Below are positions 60,906 through 64,000 of a stretch of DNA of 64,000 bases, piece by piece. How positions within the stretch are numbered: the first letter of the stretch is position 1; every line of letters begins with the position of its first letter. The translations under genes and the position numbers were made by a program. The notes below the pieces were generated by a model. The model was not told the DNA's origin and did not search any database. It saw only the letters and a list, made by a program, of their open reading frames with translations. Source of the DNA: a virus (Duplodnaviria; Caudoviricetes); IMG/VR virus record IMGVR_UViG_3300038345_000087, positions 42,651 to 106,650 of that record. One strand, given 5' to 3'.

Positions 60906-61223
60906 ATGCCCAGAATACAACCATCAACTTCTTTTCAGAACCTCCGAAATTATATGGAGAAATTCGCATGGCGCGATAAGCGTACTGGCCTAATGACTAC
61001 TGGTTACAATCCGCCTCAGAGTGCTGCCGACATCTGCCGCGTACCATTTCACGTGAAATATGTAACAGGTAAAGGCCGTCTTGAAGAAGGAAATGCCATT
61101 TCTCTCCGCGTAGATCGTCGCCGGCATCAACGTACCATCAAATTCATAGAATCGGGTGAAATCCGCATCATTCGTGATTATCTCGTCATTGAAGTAGATG
61201 GCACCCGTGTTATTACCCATTAA
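60906..61223 (+). CDS. Hypothetical protein
   Basis: Packed ORF. Confidence 0.55.
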   Translation: MPRIQPSTSFQNLRNYMEKFAWRDKRTGLMTTGYNPPQSAADICRVPFHVKYVTGKGRLEEGNAISLRVDRRRHQRTIKFIESGEIRIIRDYLVIEVDGTRVITH

Positions 61224-61244
61224 GCCACCATCAAAGCCACTGTG

Positions 61245-61273
61245 CCCGAAGGTTCTCCTTCGGGTCTCTTTTT
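61245..61273 (+). terminator. Hairpin element copy with U-tract
   Basis: cccgaagg-ttct-ccttcggg then tctcttttt. Confidence 0.65.
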
Positions 61274-61345
61274 GTCCTTCTTCCTCCTGAAATCTCTTAT
61301 CTTTGCCTCGTTTTCTCAAGAAAAGGTGATTTTTTTTCGCTTTTT

Positions 61346-61377
61346 CTTGCATTTATATCAGTTTCTTCGTACCTTTG
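61346..61377 (+). promoter_or_regulatory. Host-type promoter for the HTH gene
   Basis: CTTG-N20-TACCTTTG; a second -7 box lies at 61298-61305. Confidence 0.55.
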
Positions 61378-61402
61378 CGCCAAAATAATAGAAAGTGTAA
61401 GT

Positions 61403-61789
61403 ATGAGTAATTCACAGAAACTTCAGACAAAGGACAAAGAACTGGTGCCTGAGTGGTACATCGCAAAGCGTATCATCCGCTCAAAAGGCTTTACATACGG
61501 CCAACTCGCCGAAAAACTCGGTGTGTCCGTGACCACCATTCACGACCTCTGCAACTTCCCGCCTAACGTCGTTCGCGTCAAGCAGCTTGCAGATGCTATC
61601 GGATGCTCCTTTTTTGACTTCTTCGATTTCAACCAGGCATCAAGCACCAACGATGGTGCCACCGTTCCCGATGGATCACCATCGGGTAGTCCCGTAAGTG
61701 GCGATGCTGGTGCTGCCGAAACACCTCAGTCTGGATTTACATGTCCTCACTGTGGGCAACCCCTCTTCTTAACGACTTCCCCTGAATAG
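61403..61789 (+). CDS. XRE-family HTH regulator with C-terminal CPHCG motif
   Basis: KGFTYGQLAEKLGVSVTTI...KQLADAIGC. Confidence 0.85.
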   Translation: MSNSQKLQTKDKELVPEWYIAKRIIRSKGFTYGQLAEKLGVSVTTIHDLCNFPPNVVRVKQLADAIGCSFFDFFDFNQASSTNDGATVPDGSPSGSPVSGDAGAAETPQSGFTCPHCGQPLFLTTSPE

Positions 61790-61834
61790 TGTTCCCATCG
61801 GTTTCCCCGATGGGTTTCCCTTAATCTATCGATT

Positions 61835-62257
61835 ATGTTCTCCACTCCAGAAGCAACACCATACAGCGACCCAAACGAGCACGTAGAACCTTACATCGCT
61901 CCTTCTCTCTTTCCATCTGAGGAGAGTCCTGTATGTTGCGATGACATCGCAACTGAAGCCACCGTGTTAGAAGGTTCTCCTTCAGGTTCTTCCGTTGCTT
62001 CTGAAGAAACACCCCCTTATGTCATCCCGTATTCCGAAGTATTAAACCGCAAATATGGCTTAGAGGCCACCATGCCAGAAGGTTCTCCTTCTGCTCCTCC
62101 TTCTACATTTCGCAAGATCATCGTGAACATCTGCATCGTTCTCGCCTTCGTCGCCAACATTATCTTTTTCCTTCCTCTCTGCCTCCTCGGTCTCTTCGGT
62201 CTCTCCAAACATCCATTCCTCGGCTACTTCATGTTCCGCGACATGCTCCGCCGTTAA
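61835..62257 (+). CDS. Acidic low-complexity protein with C-terminal TM anchor
   Basis: Two in-frame hairpin copies; hydrophobic C-terminus. Confidence 0.55.
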   Translation: MFSTPEATPYSDPNEHVEPYIAPSLFPSEESPVCCDDIATEATVLEGSPSGSSVASEETPPYVIPYSEVLNRKYGLEATMPEGSPSAPPSTFRKIIVNICIVLAFVANIIFFLPLCLLGLFGLSKHPFLGYFMFRDMLRR

Positions 62258-62277
62258 TTCCCTCAAGAAACACTCTT

Positions 62278-62742
62278 ATGCGTCCTATCAAATTCCGTGG
62301 CAAATGCACTCCTGATAGCCAATATGATCGCGAATGGGTCTATGGCGGATATGTGCTATGTGAGAAAAGTAAAGATGCGCTAATCATCAGTGCCTACACC
62401 GATATATGCACATCTATACGTCATGTTATCTCTAAAACTGTTGGTCAATTTACCGGCCTCCATGACGCAGATGGTAATGATATTTATGAAGGTGACATCC
62501 TTCAGTCTCTTCCCAAGGAAGAATATCTACGTCAAATGGAGAAAGACGGCATGGTTCCAATGGAGTATATGCCTGAACAATTAAACTGGAACTATGATAC
62601 AAAAGTCATAGTAACCTACAAAGATTTCTTGTTTGACCTTATTGAGGTTTCTGAACAACCTCGTACATTTTTCCTCAACCATCCAGACTACTGGCGTGTT
62701 ATAGGAAACATCCATGACAATCCAGAACTCGTGATGAAGTGA
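62278..62742 (+). CDS. YopX-family protein
   Basis: MRPIKFRGK, TVGQFTGLHDADGNDIYEGDIL, VIGNIHDNPEL. Confidence 0.85.
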   Translation: MRPIKFRGKCTPDSQYDREWVYGGYVLCEKSKDALIISAYTDICTSIRHVISKTVGQFTGLHDADGNDIYEGDILQSLPKEEYLRQMEKDGMVPMEYMPEQLNWNYDTKVIVTYKDFLFDLIEVSEQPRTFFLNHPDYWRVIGNIHDNPELVMK

Positions 62743-62782
62743 AGAATTGCTGATCTTCTCTTACATTATGTTCATTTCTGTG

Positions 62783-62810
62783 CCCGTTGTTCACGCAACG
62801 GGTTTTTATT
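62783..62810 (+). terminator. Hairpin element copy with U-tract
   Basis: cccgttgt-tcac-gcaacggg then tttttatt. Confidence 0.65.
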
Positions 62811-63853
62811 TCTCCCCTATTCTATTGTTTGGTATAAAAATCTACTTTATTTGCGCATAATTCTATATTAAATCTGTCTGTTTTTGCTTTCTCCCACAAA
62901 ATTCCTTCATCCGTTCCAAAATCGCCGTTTCTCGTTCCAAAATTTCCAAAAACGTGATTTTTTTGCCATTTTTCGTTCTAAAATAGCCATTTCCCGTTTT
63001 TTTTCTTTCCCCTTGGTACTTAGTGCAACCCTTGGTATAAATTTGTACTAACCTCTCCTGATGCTTAGTATTTTGGAGCGTAATCTTGGTATTTTATCAT
63101 CCACACTTGGTGTTTTCACGTACTGACCAGGTATTTTACGACGTTTACGACGCTATCTACTACATCCCCTCATCGTAACTCTCCAGTTACTTTGCAGCAA
63201 CTCTCCAATTACTTCACATCTACTTAACAACAACTTAACATATACTTAATACATACTTGATATACTTGATATGTACTTGATAGAAACTCTACATACATTT
63301 GAAATAACCTGTTCCCTCTATTTATACGCCATGATTTCATTGTTTCATCAATCCATGAATTTATGAACGAATGAAAGCATGAACCAATGAACGTGTGAAT
63401 ATCCAAAGGTTACTTTCTCCTCAATTCTATCCATATTGAATGACTGATAGCCTTCTTTATGACTTTATCGGTTATCCAAATAAGCCATTTTCAACCTCCT
63501 TATTCTATACAAATCCGTCCAAATAAGCGAAAATCGCAAGAAATCCATGCTTATTTTATCAAAGGAGAAAGATGTTTTTCCATAAATTATCTTCAATTTC
63601 TTAAAATTGAATTATTTTATTTCTCCTAAAATTAAACGCTAACTATCTGTAAATTAACGCTGTTCAATAGATGCTACCAAGAAACGACCCTCCCAAAAAA
63701 TTCTCTAAACTACTGTATTTCAGAGGTCTTTTTTGTCAAACTCAATCCCAAACACCCCTTCTCGCACCGCCGACCGCCCGCCACACTGAGGTCTTTTCCT
63801 TCTCCCCTCCTTGCAAGCTGGGGGGAAATATGCCGCCGGCCTTTTGGTGCCCG

Positions 63854-64000
63854 TGGATCGTCAGGGCGTGCCATGTGTCCGCGTGCCGTCTGGTGTCCTG
63901 GATCGTCAGGGCGTGCCATGTGTCCGCGTGCCGTCTGGTGCCGTGGATCGTCAGGGCGTGCCATGTGTCCGCGTGCCGTCTGGTGTCCTGGCATCGTTCA
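63854..64000. repeat. 45-bp GC-rich tandem repeat
   Basis: Unit tggatcgtcagggcgtgccatgtgtccgcgtgccgtctggtgtcc starting at 63854, 63899, 63944; diverged fourth start at 63989. Confidence 0.95.

Larger units (their letters stand above)
366..62802 (+). repeat. Dispersed hairpin element family, about 30 copies
   Basis: Leader GCCACnGTG or TAGTGyG, then 8-nt arm usually ending GG, 4-6 nt loop usually starting TT, then complementary arm. Stem spans: 375-394, 1006-1025, 1315-1334, 9740-9760, 17720-17739, 25533-25553, 28327-28348, 29465-29484, 31408-31428, 32111-32132, 37123-37143, 39933-39952, 41737-41757, 42470-42490, 42504-42523, 44148-44167, 51616-51636, 52314-52334, 53563-53582, 54666-54686, 55264-55283, 56364-56383, 56846-56865, 57282-57301, 61245-61264, 61667-61686, 61794-61814, 61967-61986, 62075-62094, 62783-62802. 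Confidence 0.9.

Noticed and set aside
63710-63994. Minus-strand repeat protein (HQTARGHMARPDDP)
   Set aside because: Open frame follows from the 45-bp unit length; no other support, and it is cut by the window edge.
63854-64000. CRISPR array
   Set aside because: Units are contiguous with no unique spacers, and no cas genes are present.
1-64000. Integrase, att sites, tRNA or rRNA genes
   Set aside because: None recognised by eye; lifestyle cannot be settled from this window.

Overview
The window reads as most of a tailed dsDNA (pro)phage of a Bacteroidales host, probably Prevotella-like (TAnnTTTG promoter boxes, Bacteroidales phage gene families). Every credible gene is on the + strand. Layout: tail and tape-measure genes (0.5-10 kb); an acyl carrier protein plus ketosynthase pair (11.2-12.9 kb); an AT-rich gap; an early/accessory block (13.9-27.6 kb) with primase-like, ThyX, radical SAM, ASCH, YopX and Tad2-like genes and a frameshifted methyltransferase; head and packaging genes (28.4-36.2 kb); tail-fibre genes with a diversity-generating retroelement (DGR, 38.4-41.7 kb); a 2120-aa fibre, endolysin, portal candidate, holin and more structural genes (43-61 kb); an HTH regulator; a non-coding tail ending in a 45-bp tandem repeat. 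No integrase, DNA polymerase or helicase is recognisable, so the genome probably extends beyond the window. Highlights: (1) about 30 same-strand hairpin elements with a conserved leader and covarying 8-bp stems, found after stop codons and in frame inside genes; (2) a DGR whose single template matches both a tail protein and a small early protein 19.6 kb away, with an RT that has an extra C-terminal domain and no avd; (3) a promoter-like motif GTTCCG-N20-TAYCTTTG in 7 copies; (4) the ACP/KS pair; (5) a poly-C-frameshifted methyltransferase inside a cassette flanked by 57-bp direct repeats. Family names come from motif recall, not database searches; counts are by hand.
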